64,000 nt of DNA, from positions 57,231 through 121,230 of the forward strand of contig JAPLVR010000005.1 of NCBI GenBank assembly GCA_026397015.1, given 5' to 3'. Numbering within the stretch: position 1 is the stretch's first letter; each line of letters begins with the position of its first letter. Below the pieces are notes generated by a model. That model was not told the DNA's origin. It saw only the letters and a list, made by a program, of their open reading frames with translations, and ran no database searches. Below are positions 40,184 to 49,779 of the stretch, one piece after another. This DNA is from Candidatus Iainarchaeum sp. (GTDB taxonomy: Archaea; Iainarchaeota; Iainarchaeia; Iainarchaeales; JAAZKV01). Position numbers and translations under genes: made by a program.

Positions 40184-42457
40184 TCATTTTTCCATGAATT
40201 TTTCGTTTATTACCCTGAATATCTGCTTCGCCTTTTTCTCGCCCAAATTTTCCACTTTCTGGAGTTCTTTTTCGCCCGCGTTTGCAATTTTTTTTATCGA
40301 GCCGAATTCTTTCAGCAAATTTTTTGCCAGCATCGGCCCGACCATAGGGATTCCCTCCACAATAAATCTTTGCTGTTCCTCGACAGTTAATCCCTTTCTC
40401 CCAAACCTAATCCCTATTTCTTTGTCGCGGCCAAGCTGTTCCCTTTTTGCAATTACATAAACGAACTCGGCCGTTTCCTTTGCATCCCGCGTATTTATTA
40501 TCGGCACCTGATAATCGAGTGCGATGCTCGTAAGCGCCCCAATAATCGCATTTCTGTGAATATTTCTCAGCGTGAAAAGTTCCTGCATATTTCCCTCAAC
40601 GATTAGAAGCGGTTTTTCATAACTGTTTCTCAGCGCAATAAGCTGCGAGAAAAGCCGCCCGTCAATCATTGAGTTGATGAAGTCCTCGACCGTTTTTCTT
40701 TCGACGCAAACCTCTCTGCTCAGGACATAGTCCCCGACTTCAAGCTGTTTCGTTCGGACTGCAACTTCCTTTCCAACAAGCTCTCTTATTACGGTCGAGG
40801 CGCCTTCTCTTGAATCCGCAAAAATAATTATTTTGTCGCTTTTTTCCATAAACGAATCAAGTGTTGTTTGTTCTAAAATGTTTTTCGTTTCTTCGGCCGC
40901 ATTTCCAATCATTTTCGTGCTCATTCCTTTTAGTGTTTGTTTCATTCTTTTTTCTTTTCCTCGCGCCGCCCAGTAGAAAGCCTCATCTCTAGTATTCCTC
41001 GCCATCAGCACAACCATTTTTCCTTTCCCAAACCTCCCGGTTCTTCCTCTGCGTTGTATTGTTCTTATTTCACTCGGCACCGGCTCGAAAAAAATCACCA
41101 TCTCAACGTCCGGAATGTCGAGCCCCTCTTCTGCCACCGATGAGGCCACCAGAACATTGTGTTTTCCTTCTTTTAGCGCCACCAAAATTTCCTGCTGTTC
41201 CTTCTGGCTCATTCCTTTCTCTCTTCCCTTCGTCGCCTGCCCGATGAATTTTGTCGCCTTTATTTTTTCCTCGGCGTTCAAAAAGCCCGTTACTTCTTTT
41301 ATCGAGTCGCGGTAGTGGTTGAACACTATTATTTTGCTGTTCGGCTTTTTCTCAAATTGTTCCAGAACAATTCTTTTCAGTTCCTTGTATTTCGGGTGCT
41401 GGATTTTTTGTTCAAATAATTTGTTTGTTATTTTAATTGCCGTCAAGATTCCCTCGTCGGCCATTATGTGTTTCGCCGCCTTGCTTTGCCCCCTTCTTGC
41501 CTCCTCGCCCATTTTTTCAAAGTAACTTTTCAGCGTGCTTATTCCCTGCGTTTCAATCAGTTCCTCGGCGTGTGCAACTTTTAGCAGCGCCGCGCACGCG
41601 CTTGCCGCGGAATACAGGCTCGGCTGCGTCTTTCCGTGCCGCATAAGCCGTTGCCTTATTTGGTGCTGCATTTCAAGTATCCTGCTTCTGTTGTAGTATC
41701 TCTTGTTCTCGGTTTTCGCCACTCCCAGCTTTTTGAGCAAAACGAGCTGCTTTTTCATGAAATTTTCCAGCAATTGTTTTATTTCAACAAATTCGGCGGG
41801 CAAATCCACTTTTATCCAGTCAATTTCTATTTCATTAACGTATTCTTTTACATCAAAATCTTCCGGATTTTTTATTTCAATGTTTTTTATTGAAAGGTTT
41901 CTGCACACGTCCTGTATCTTCTCCTCTTCGCTTCCGGGTGACGCTGTCAGCGCAAGCACAAGCGCGCGCGGATTTTGTTTTTGCAATTGCAGATTGATGA
42001 AAACATATGCATAATCTCCGACCGCCCTGTGTGCCTCATCAAAAATAACCAATCCAAAATCTTCGAGGGAAAGGTTTCCGTTCAGCAAATCATTTTCGAT
42101 TGTCTGGGGCGTCGCGCTTATTATGCTTGCCTCTTTGTAAATTTTTTCGCGCTCGCCTGGCTTCACCATTCCGGTAATTGCGCAAATTTTTTCGGACCCG
42201 ATTTGAAGGAACTTTTTGAAGCTCTTGTCGTGTTGCACTACCAGCGGTTTTGTGGGCGCCAAAAAAAGTATTTTACTGTTCGGAGTTTCTTTAAGTATGT
42301 GCGTCGCAAGCATAACCGCGACAACCGTTTTTCCGAGCGCGGTCGGCGCAACAACAAGAGTGTTTCCTTTTTCAACGATGCATGAGACCAGCACTTCCTG
42401 GTAGAGCCTCGCCTCTATAGTGTCCGGCTTGACCAGCGGGTGAGAAACGAAGGGCAT
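40184..42457 (-). CDS. hef: Hef helicase/ERCC4 nuclease
   Basis: APTALGKT, DEAH, TASPG, QRRGRTGR; GDY...ERK nuclease; HhH domain. Confidence 0.95.
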   Translation of the reverse strand: MPFVSHPLVKPDTIEARLYQEVLVSCIVEKGNTLVVAPTALGKTVVAVMLATHILKETPNSKILFLAPTKPLVVQHDKSFKKFLQIGSEKICAITGMVKPGEREKIYKEASIISATPQTIENDLLNGNLSLEDFGLVIFDEAHRAVGDYAYVFINLQLQKQNPRALVLALTASPGSEEEKIQDVCRNLSIKNIEIKNPEDFDVKEYVNEIEIDWIKVDLPAEFVEIKQLLENFMKKQLVLLKKLGVAKTENKRYYNRSRILEMQHQIRQRLMRHGKTQPSLYSAASACAALLKVAHAEELIETQGISTLKSYFEKMGEEARRGQSKAAKHIMADEGILTAIKITNKLFEQKIQHPKYKELKRIVLEQFEKKPNSKIIVFNHYRDSIKEVTGFLNAEEKIKATKFIGQATKGREKGMSQKEQQEILVALKEGKHNVLVASSVAEEGLDIPDVEMVIFFEPVPSEIRTIQRRGRTGRFGKGKMVVLMARNTRDEAFYWAARGKEKRMKQTLKGMSTKMIGNAAEETKNILEQTTLDSFMEKSDKIIIFADSREGASTVIRELVGKEVAVRTKQLEVGDYVLSREVCVERKTVEDFINSMIDGRLFSQLIALRNSYEKPLLIVEGNMQELFTLRNIHRNAIIGALTSIALDYQVPIINTRDAKETAEFVYVIAKREQLGRDKEIGIRFGRKGLTVEEQQRFIVEGIPMVGPMLAKNLLKEFGSIKKIANAGEKELQKVENLGEKKAKQIFRVINEKFMEK

Positions 42458-42539
42458 TAAGAGTTTGAGCGAAAATGGTTTCTTAAATCGTTTTGCGGTG
42501 TTGTGCCGGTCAGAATTTTGATTTGTTTGCCGAATTGTG

Positions 42540-42965
42540 TCAATGCCCTTTTTTCATTTTTTTGCCGCGCGGTTCAAAACGCCCTCTCATGAGTTGCCTC
42601 GCTTCAGCTTCCCGCCTTTTTGCCGCCATTCCATTTGGCAGGTTTTTTGCCGCTTCAGCTATTTTTACCTGTATTTCAAGTTTTGCTGCGCCCCTTACAG
42701 CGCCCCTCACAAGCCCCATGGCTTTTTCTTCCCTGTGGCCGAGTGCCCCTACTAGCCCTTCGGATTCCGCGTACTCAATAAGCTTTCTCCTTTCTTTTTC
42801 CGGCGTTTCCGAGCCGGGCCTTATTCTCGTAACTTCACGAAGATATTTTCTCTTTTCATTGTTAAAAATCCTTAATTGTTTTGGCGTGAGTTTCTTAAGC
42901 AAATAAGGATATGTTGGATGCGGCCACCATTTAGGAAATTTTACTCTTCCGGCTTTGCTTGGCAT
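42540..42965 (-). CDS. Very basic hypothetical protein
   Basis: MPSKAGRVKFPKWW..., R/K-rich. Confidence 0.55.
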   Translation of the reverse strand: MPSKAGRVKFPKWWPHPTYPYLLKKLTPKQLRIFNNEKRKYLREVTRIRPGSETPEKERRKLIEYAESEGLVGALGHREEKAMGLVRGAVRGAAKLEIQVKIAEAAKNLPNGMAAKRREAEARQLMRGRFEPRGKKMKKGH

Positions 42966-43112
42966 AATTCCCACAGATATAATTTTCACCCAAAGAGGTA
43001 TTTAACTGTTTTCTTTGCCCTCTTCGGCTTTTTTCCACTTAAAAGCGTAGGTTTAAGTTCTTTTGTATTTCTAAGGTATAATATTGTTTTATTCAGCGAA
43101 AGGGTTGATTTT

Positions 43113-43316
43113 ATGGGCGAATTGCCGTTGGCGGCTGTCGATAGGATTGTTCGAAAAGCGACGGGCTTGCGCGTGAGCGAGTCCGCAGCAAAAGAACTTT
43201 CCATTCATCTTGAAGACGAGGGGATGAAAGTTTCGCAACAGGCTGCCTTGTTCGCAAAACACGCGAACAGAAAAACCATTACGGATGAGGATATTAAGCT
43301 TGCCGTGAAGAAATAA
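43113..43316 (+). CDS. Archaeal histone (HMf family)
   Basis: ELPLA...RI.RKA...RVS..A...A.HA.RKTI..EDI.LA, 67 aa. Confidence 0.95.
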   Translation: MGELPLAAVDRIVRKATGLRVSESAAKELSIHLEDEGMKVSQQAALFAKHANRKTITDEDIKLAVKK

Positions 43317-43362
43317 AATTTTTGTTTATATTTTTTGAGTTAATTTTTTCAATTTTTCCTCG

Positions 43363-43408
43363 TAGAAACTTTTTTATAGCTCAAAGCCCTACTGTTGGCA
43401 GGTTTTTT
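43363..43408 (+). promoter_or_regulatory. BRE/TATA promoter, copy 1 of a direct repeat
   Basis: TAGAAACTTTTTTATAGCTCAAAGCCCTA at 43363-43391 is identical to 43882-43910. Confidence 0.75.
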
Positions 43409-43864
43409 ATGGCAAAGGCAAAGATGGGTCGTTTTTGGGGAGTGTCGAAAAAATCCCCCGGGTGGAAGCCCGTAAGGATTCCAAAAAAATTGATGAAATC
43501 TCTTGGAATCAGGAAAGGGGAAAAAATTTCAGGCATTTCCGGAAAAATCCGTGAGGATTCGATTGTCAGGAAATATGTCGATGGCTTGATTGACAGGCAG
43601 TCGCAGGGGAATAATTTGGAGGAAAGAATAGACAACAGGTTGCGGCAGATTTTGCAGAGGAGCAGTGCAATAAAAAATGAGCGCGCGAGAAGACTATTTG
43701 AAGCCTCGCTTGCGGGCAAATTAAGCCTATTTGAAGATGTTATTCTGAACCACAAAATCGGTTTTGACAGGCGGCCGGTGAAAGATTTTGAAAAAGTGGT
43801 TGTCGAATATAAGGCAATTGTTGAATTCCGGAAGGGAAACCACGGATTCCCCCCTTCAAAATAA
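43409..43864 (+). CDS. Basic hypothetical protein between duplicated promoters
   Basis: MAKAKMGRFWG...; ATG immediately after promoter copy 1. Confidence 0.65.
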   Translation: MAKAKMGRFWGVSKKSPGWKPVRIPKKLMKSLGIRKGEKISGISGKIREDSIVRKYVDGLIDRQSQGNNLEERIDNRLRQILQRSSAIKNERARRLFEASLAGKLSLFEDVILNHKIGFDRRPVKDFEKVVVEYKAIVEFRKGNHGFPPSK

Positions 43865-43881
43865 AAACATTTTTTGCCCAT

Positions 43882-43927
43882 TAGAAACTTTTTTATAGCT
43901 CAAAGCCCTATTGTTGATAGGTTATTT
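43882..43927 (+). promoter_or_regulatory. BRE/TATA promoter of rbcL, copy 2 of the direct repeat
   Basis: 29-bp exact repeat plus degenerate extension; GGTGA RBS follows. Confidence 0.75.
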
Positions 43928-43942
43928 TGACGGGTGAAATGA

Positions 43943-45241
43943 GTGGCGGACAGCGGGCGCGTTAAGGAGTATGAAGGTTATCTTGCAAAAGGCTACGAGC
44001 CGGACAAGGACGATTTGGTTTGCGAATATTATTTGGAACCCGCGAAAGGAATTACTTTTGAGGGCGCCTGCCAGCGCATCGCCTCCGAATCGAGCATCGG
44101 CACCTGGACGGACATCGGCACGATGCCGCAGGAAATGTTTGACAGGCTCTCGCCAAAAGTTTTTTCGCTTGATAAAAAGAGCGGCATAGTAAAAATTGCT
44201 TATCCGAAAGAATTGTTCGAAGAAGGCAATGTCGCCCAGATAATGAGTTCCGTTGCCGGCAACGTTTTTGGAATGAGCGATGTTACAAATTTGAAGCTCT
44301 TGGATATTGATTTTCCAGCGGATTTTATCAGGCATTACCACGGGCCGCATTATGGAATTGAAGGAATAAGAAAATTAATGAAAGTTTATCACAGGCCGTT
44401 GGTCGGAACAATTGTAAAGCCCAAGCTCGGTCTTGACGAGGAAAAGCATGCGAAGGTTGCTTATGAAGCGTGGATGGGCGGTTGCGACATTGTAAAGGAT
44501 GATGAAAATCTTTCTTCAATGGGCTTCAATAATTTTGACAAGAGGGTTAAACTTACTTTGAATGCGAAAAGGAAGGCGGAGAAAGAAACAGGCGAGAAGA
44601 AAGCGTACCTTCCGAATGTTACCGCACCCTATAACGAGATGGCAAGGCGTGCGAGGCATGTCGTTGCGAATGGCGGCGAATTTATCATGGTTGATGTGCT
44701 TACAGTCGGATGGTCGGGTCTCCAAAGCCTGCGCGACTTGAATTTGAAGGCTGCTTTTCACGGTCACCGTGCCGGCCACGCGGCTTTTACCCGCAACCCC
44801 AAACACGGAATTTCAATGCTTGTTATTGCAAAGCTTTGCCGCCTTATTGGGATTGACCAGCTTCACGTGGGCGGAATTGTGGGCAAAATGTACGAGGGCA
44901 AAGAAGAGGTTACAGCTGTTGGCGAGGAAATCGAGAGCAAAGTTGTTTCCGAGGATTTTGCGCGCCACCGTTTGCAGGAAAACTGGCATTCTTTAAAACC
45001 AATGCTGGCGGTTTGTTCCGGCGGCTTGCATCCTGCGAAAGTCCAGCCGCTGGTGCATGCGATGGGCCGCGACATAATTATTCAGGCGGGCGGAGGAATC
45101 CACGGCCATCCGCAGGGAACAATTGCGGGCGCAAGAGCGATGAGGCAGGCGGTTGATGCGGAAATGCTCGGCGTTGAGGCAAAGGATTATGCGAAGAGCC
45201 ATTTCGAACTTGCTGCAGCCTTGAAGAAGTGGAAGAAATAG
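43943..45241 (+). CDS. rbcL: Form III RuBisCO large subunit
   Basis: ESSIGTW, GTIVKPKLG, KDDENL, HGHRAGH, GKM, SGG, GGGIHGHP; no small subunit gene nearby. Confidence 0.95.
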   Translation: MADSGRVKEYEGYLAKGYEPDKDDLVCEYYLEPAKGITFEGACQRIASESSIGTWTDIGTMPQEMFDRLSPKVFSLDKKSGIVKIAYPKELFEEGNVAQIMSSVAGNVFGMSDVTNLKLLDIDFPADFIRHYHGPHYGIEGIRKLMKVYHRPLVGTIVKPKLGLDEEKHAKVAYEAWMGGCDIVKDDENLSSMGFNNFDKRVKLTLNAKRKAEKETGEKKAYLPNVTAPYNEMARRARHVVANGGEFIMVDVLTVGWSGLQSLRDLNLKAAFHGHRAGHAAFTRNPKHGISMLVIAKLCRLIGIDQLHVGGIVGKMYEGKEEVTAVGEEIESKVVSEDFARHRLQENWHSLKPMLAVCSGGLHPAKVQPLVHAMGRDIIIQAGGGIHGHPQGTIAGARAMRQAVDAEMLGVEAKDYAKSHFELAAALKKWKK

Positions 45242-45297
45242 CACAGTTTTTTTTCCCCATTTTTTTTATTAAAATTTTTTTCCCAGATTTTTTCGTG

Positions 45298-47130
45298 TCA
45301 GTGCATCTGCCCCGTCTTCCTTTCCTCTTCGGCTTTTTCTTCGAGGTAGCGCATGTACTCGTCCATAATTCCCCTTGTTTGTTCAATTTTTCCTGTTTCC
45401 ATGTATTTTGAAACGTTTTCCAAGAACGCATTTGAACCCATTATGTAGGGCATGAGCACGAGGTCCGCGCCTTTTTTGTACAAATCGAGCGCTTCGTAGA
45501 AGTGGTGCGCCGTTGCAAATACCACAATTTTTTTGTTCGCCTTTTTGGCTTCTTCCATGAAGCGCACCTCTTTTTCATGTGTTGGTATTGCAAGCACCAG
45601 CAGTTTCGCGTCTTTTATGTCTATTTTTTCCAGCATCTCGTCATTATCAGGGTCGCCGTAAGCATAATTCATTCCCTCTCTTATTCCATTGCGCACGGTT
45701 TCCGGGTTTGAGTCGAGTACCAGTACCTGCTTATAGGGGTGCAGCGCCTTTGCGAGCGTTCCGCCAGTCATTCCGCTTCCGACTATTATTATGTGGTTTT
45801 TCAGCTCCCATTTGTTCGGCAATTTTTCAAGAGAATCGATTTGCCTGTTGAAATATTTTTTTAGTTTCGAGAACTTTTTATGATTCGGCACTTTTTTTGC
45901 GTGCGAATGCACGAACGCCGAGAGTCTGCTCGAAGAATTTGCGATGTAAGGTGTTATTATCATTGAAAGCGCCACAACTGCAATGATAAATGAGAATAGT
46001 TCGTGGGAAAAAATCGGCTCCCCGTTCATTCCAACTGTTGTGAGTCCTATTCCCGCCAGCACGAATCCGAATTCAGAAACCTGCCCTAGCATCATCCCCG
46101 TTTCGGTAGAAATTTTTGTGCCATAACCAGAAAGCAGTGTGAGGATAAAAAGCACCAGCGGTTTTATTGCGAATATTGTAAGAAGTATTATCAGCATAAG
46201 CAATGGGTTCAGCGTTCCGAAGTGGAAGTTGAGCTGTATTCCGAGGGTTACGAAAAATATTGTTACGAAAAAATCCCTGAGGGCGCGCATTTTTGAGAAT
46301 ATTTCTATGTTGTAAGGAAGAGTGCTGAGCGCTATTCCGCCGATGAAGCCCCCTATCGCTATCGGCATTTCAAGTATCACGCTCAATCCGATGAAGAAGA
46401 ATGCCGTCGCGATTCCGGAAAGGAACAGCAATTCTTGTTCCTCCGCCGCTTTTTTGAAGAGTGGCGGAAACACTATTTTGTTCAGCACAATTGCCGAAAG
46501 TATGAGAAGAACGCTCTTGCTAAGTATGTTAATGAGAATTGAGGGTTCTCCGAAGCTTGAAATGTTTGCGAGCAGCGGAAGCAACAGCACAACAAGAAAA
46601 TCTTGTATCAGCAGCACTGCAATCATTATTCTTCCTTTCAGCGTGTTTATTTCTTTTTTATCTGAAAGTATTTTCACAACTATCATTGTTGATGAAAAAG
46701 CAAGTATTGTTCCGACGAATATCGCCTGTTCAGCTGAAAGCAAACCGAGCGGAACGGTTAGCAAAAATATTGCGCCTATTATTGCCGCCACCTGCGCTAT
46801 TGTTCCTATCAGCACGTCTTTTCCCAAGCTGAAAAGTTTTTTGATTGAGGTTTCAACGCCGACTGAAAAAAGAAGGAAAGCGACTCCCAATTCCGATAAC
46901 AGAGTTGTTTCAGGGGTCATCGCGTGTATCCCTATTGTTTTGAATGGCATTCCAAGCGCGTTGAAATCAACGCTTCCCAGAACCAGCGGCCCTACTATTA
47001 TTCCCGCGACTATGTATGCGAACAGGCTCGGCTGTTTTAGTGCTTTCAGCAGCGCACTCATGAGCGCCGCCGCAATTACTATCAGTGCGATGTCCCAGAA
47101 GAGTGCCATCGAAAGTATTTCCGCCGCCAT
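45298..47130 (-). CDS. CPA2 cation:proton antiporter with TrkA-N/RCK domain (Kef-like)
   Basis: LLF.VG.E, FSST, LLIQD, QVSEF, GSG.TG RCK domain. Confidence 0.92.
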   Translation of the reverse strand: MAAEILSMALFWDIALIVIAAALMSALLKALKQPSLFAYIVAGIIVGPLVLGSVDFNALGMPFKTIGIHAMTPETTLLSELGVAFLLFSVGVETSIKKLFSLGKDVLIGTIAQVAAIIGAIFLLTVPLGLLSAEQAIFVGTILAFSSTMIVVKILSDKKEINTLKGRIMIAVLLIQDFLVVLLLPLLANISSFGEPSILINILSKSVLLILSAIVLNKIVFPPLFKKAAEEQELLFLSGIATAFFFIGLSVILEMPIAIGGFIGGIALSTLPYNIEIFSKMRALRDFFVTIFFVTLGIQLNFHFGTLNPLLMLIILLTIFAIKPLVLFILTLLSGYGTKISTETGMMLGQVSEFGFVLAGIGLTTVGMNGEPIFSHELFSFIIAVVALSMIITPYIANSSSRLSAFVHSHAKKVPNHKKFSKLKKYFNRQIDSLEKLPNKWELKNHIIIVGSGMTGGTLAKALHPYKQVLVLDSNPETVRNGIREGMNYAYGDPDNDEMLEKIDIKDAKLLVLAIPTHEKEVRFMEEAKKANKKIVVFATAHHFYEALDLYKKGADLVLMPYIMGSNAFLENVSKYMETGKIEQTRGIMDEYMRYLEEKAEEERKTGQMH

Positions 47131-47166
47131 GCGCCAATAGTATGTTTCAGCAGTTTAAAAGATTTT

Positions 47167-48573
47167 TCATTCGAGCGGAACGGCGGTCGAGCTTCCGTCC
47201 GCATTATCAATTACCTTTACGCCGAACTCTTCAAGTTTTTTCCTGAGCAGGTCCGCCTTGGCGAAATCTTTTTGTTTTCTTGCTTCGCCCCTCTCTGCAA
47301 CGAGTTTTTCCGCTTTCGGGTCGAGTTCGAAAAACTTTTTTTCGAAGTTCAAAACTCCCAAAACGGAATCAACTTTTTTTAAGAAATCGAGGGCTTCCTT
47401 CGCCCCTTCCGCCCCGATAGAATTTTCATCAAGCAGTTTGTTTGCTTTTGTTGCAAAGGAAAAAATAAAGCTCATCGCTTTTGGGACATTTAAATCGTCA
47501 TCCATTGCCTGTGTAAATCCTTCAATCGCCTCATCAACAAATGTTTTTACTGAATCGTTTTCAATTTTTTCGGAAATTCTTTTCAGCCTCTCAACAAGGT
47601 TTTGCAGCCCGGCAATTGTTTTTTCAGAGTCTTTTACCGAAGCAAGAGTGAAATTTAGCGGCTGCCTATACTGCGAATTTATCAGAGTGTATCTTATCGC
47701 CTTTGAATCCAATCCCCTTTCCAGCAAATCCCTCAGGGTGTAGAAGTTTCCCAGGCTTTTTGACATTTTTTTGCCGTCCACCATTAGGTGTTCGCAGTGC
47801 ATCCAGTATTTCACAAACTTTTTTCCCGTGGCGGCTTCGCTTTGCGCAATCTCATTCTCATGGTGCGGGAATTTGTTGTCCACTCCTCCGGTATGTATGT
47901 CAAAGCTTTCCCCCAGATATTTCATGCTCATTGCGGAGCATTCGATGTGCCAGCCCGGCCTTCCCTTTCCAAGCGAGGTTTCCCAGAAAACTCCGCCGTC
48001 ATTTTCATCCCATGCTTTCCAAAGCACAAAATCCGCTGCCGAATCCTTTTCGTATTCGTCGTGGGAAATGCGCGCCCCGGCTTTTAATTTTTTGACATCG
48101 ATGTGCGCCAGCTTTCCGTAGTTTTTGAATTTTTTTACGGAGTAGTAAATGCTTCCGTCGTCTCCTCTGTACGCGATTCCTTTATCGAGAAGCTTTTGAA
48201 TGAGTTTTACCATTTCCGCGATGTGCTGCGTTGCCGCAGGGTAATTGTCCGCCGGGGATGTGTTGAGCGTTTTGATATCGTCGAAGAACGCCTTCTTGTA
48301 TTTTTCTGTGTGCTCGCTCAATGCCATTTTTTCTTCGTTAGCAGCTTTTATTGTTTTGTCGTCCACGTCAGTGAGGTTCATCACGTGCTTTACTTTGTAG
48401 CCTTTGAATATCAAGTATTTTTTTAGGATGTCTTCCCAGCAGTATGCCCTGAAATTTCCTATGTGGGCGTAATTGTAAATTGTCGGGCCGCAGGTGTACA
48501 AACCAACGGTTTTTCCAAGCGGCTTAAAGTCTTCGAGCGAATCGGTCAGGGTGTTGAAGAATCTCAGAGCCAT
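47167..48573 (-). CDS. cysS: Cysteinyl-tRNA synthetase
   Basis: CGPT.Y...HIGN, GRPGWHIECSAM, FPHHENE, KMSKS. Confidence 0.97.
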   Translation of the reverse strand: MALRFFNTLTDSLEDFKPLGKTVGLYTCGPTIYNYAHIGNFRAYCWEDILKKYLIFKGYKVKHVMNLTDVDDKTIKAANEEKMALSEHTEKYKKAFFDDIKTLNTSPADNYPAATQHIAEMVKLIQKLLDKGIAYRGDDGSIYYSVKKFKNYGKLAHIDVKKLKAGARISHDEYEKDSAADFVLWKAWDENDGGVFWETSLGKGRPGWHIECSAMSMKYLGESFDIHTGGVDNKFPHHENEIAQSEAATGKKFVKYWMHCEHLMVDGKKMSKSLGNFYTLRDLLERGLDSKAIRYTLINSQYRQPLNFTLASVKDSEKTIAGLQNLVERLKRISEKIENDSVKTFVDEAIEGFTQAMDDDLNVPKAMSFIFSFATKANKLLDENSIGAEGAKEALDFLKKVDSVLGVLNFEKKFFELDPKAEKLVAERGEARKQKDFAKADLLRKKLEEFGVKVIDNADGSSTAVPLE

Positions 48574-48615
48574 AAGCAGCAGAATTCTGTTGTTTAGTTT
48601 ATTTAAACGTTACCT

Positions 48616-48759
48616 GAAAGTTGAAAAACGGGGAAGTTGAAAAGCTGGGAAGTTGGAAAGAGGGAAAGTTGAAAAGTTTGAAAGTCGGAAAACTGGAAAG
48701 TTGCAAAGTGGGAAAATCAGAAAACGGAAAGGTTGAAAAGTCAAAAAACAAAAAATTCA
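48616..48759. repeat. Degenerate 8-bp tandem array, 18 units, consensus GAAAGTTG
   Basis: gaaagttg aaaaacgg ggaagttg aaaagctg ggaagttg gaaagagg gaaagttg ... without phase shifts. Confidence 0.85.
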
Positions 48760-48796
48760 AGGAATTAGTTTTTTTGAAAATTATTTTTCGGCGTTT

Positions 48797-49018
48797 TCAA
48801 TCTTCGTCGTATTCATAGTCTTCGTTATCTTCGCCGCTTTCTTCTTCCATTTCTTCCATCTCCAACGCTTTGCTTTCAATAAGCTTGAATTTGCCCGGCT
48901 CCTTGCATATTATGGTAAATTCAAGGTTGCATTCAGGGCATGTTACCGCGTCGCCTTCCCCGAATTCCTCGAAATCAACTTCAAAAGGAACTTTGCAATC
49001 AGGGCACACTTTCTTCAT
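48797..49018 (-). CDS. LysW-like Zn-ribbon protein with extended acidic tail
   Basis: CPDC...G..V.CPEC..EF; ends EMEEMEEESGEDNEDYEYDED instead of EDWGE. Confidence 0.75.
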   Translation of the reverse strand: MKKVCPDCKVPFEVDFEEFGEGDAVTCPECNLEFTIICKEPGKFKLIESKALEMEEMEEESGEDNEDYEYDED

Positions 49019-49141
49019 AATTTATTCCTGCTGCCTGTATGTTTTTTAAATGTTTTTGTTGTTCACTGCCAAAATAACAAATTTGAGTTAAGAAGTAAAA
49101 TTAGCATATATTCCGGCTGCGCAACCAAATGAGCCAGAATT

Positions 49142-49702
49142 TCAGAGGAATGCGCTGCTTAAAGCAGAATTAATGAATATGAATAACAGGCCGTGCACTA
49201 TGAAAAGAAGGGCCCACACAATGACCGCCTTCTTATTTTCGGCGTCTAAAATTGTTTTTATGAGCACAAACCAGTCAAACAGGAAAACGAGCCCTACTAT
49301 GCATATTAGGGCGAAAAGTACAATTGCAATCGGCACCATTATTTGGGTGTTTCCCAAACCGGCGATTACGAAGGCGCCAACCGTCGCTATGATTCCCGCG
49401 ATTACAAAAAGCCCCCAGAGAACCCCTGTTGCGGAGGCGATTTGCGCCAGGCTGAGTTCTCCGAGCTTTTTCTTTTTGAACATGAAATAAAAAATCCACA
49501 CAAGAAGGCTTAGCACAATCCATTGCATTATTGGCGTGGCAAAGTTTATTACAAACTGCAATGCGCTTCCGGTTAGAATCAACCCGCCGATTCCGAAAAG
49601 CAGGCCTGCAATTATTGCCGTTCCGACAGCGGCGCCGAGATTTTCCTCGGCGATAGCGTTTTCAAAAGCCTCTGTCGGCCTCAAAAAGGACCCCAATGCC
49701 AT
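49142..49702 (-). CDS. Yip1-like membrane protein
   Basis: N-terminal L.P.EAF motif and five TMs. Confidence 0.6.
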   Translation of the reverse strand: MALGSFLRPTEAFENAIAEENLGAAVGTAIIAGLLFGIGGLILTGSALQFVINFATPIMQWIVLSLLVWIFYFMFKKKKLGELSLAQIASATGVLWGLFVIAGIIATVGAFVIAGLGNTQIMVPIAIVLFALICIVGLVFLFDWFVLIKTILDAENKKAVIVWALLFIVHGLLFIFINSALSSAFL

Positions 49703-49779
49703 AGCAATCATATAAGTGGTGTGAAGTTAATAAATTTATTGTGCTGCCGTTCGGCGGGGCGTGCAGCTGTTTCCCATAA

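Noticed and set aside
42876-43112. Histone with a long N-terminal tail (146-aa ORF)
   Set aside because: The extension starts at TTG, overlaps the opposite gene and promoter region; ATG at 43113 gives a standard 67-aa histone
43943-45241. RuBisCO as evidence of Calvin-cycle autotrophy
   Set aside because: Form III without rbcS or prk in the window; in archaea it typically serves AMP/nucleoside salvage
48616-48818. Repeat array as CRISPR, or the 65-aa ORF 48621-48818 as a gene
   Set aside because: 8-bp period with no spacers and no cas genes; the ORF is simply the translated repeat
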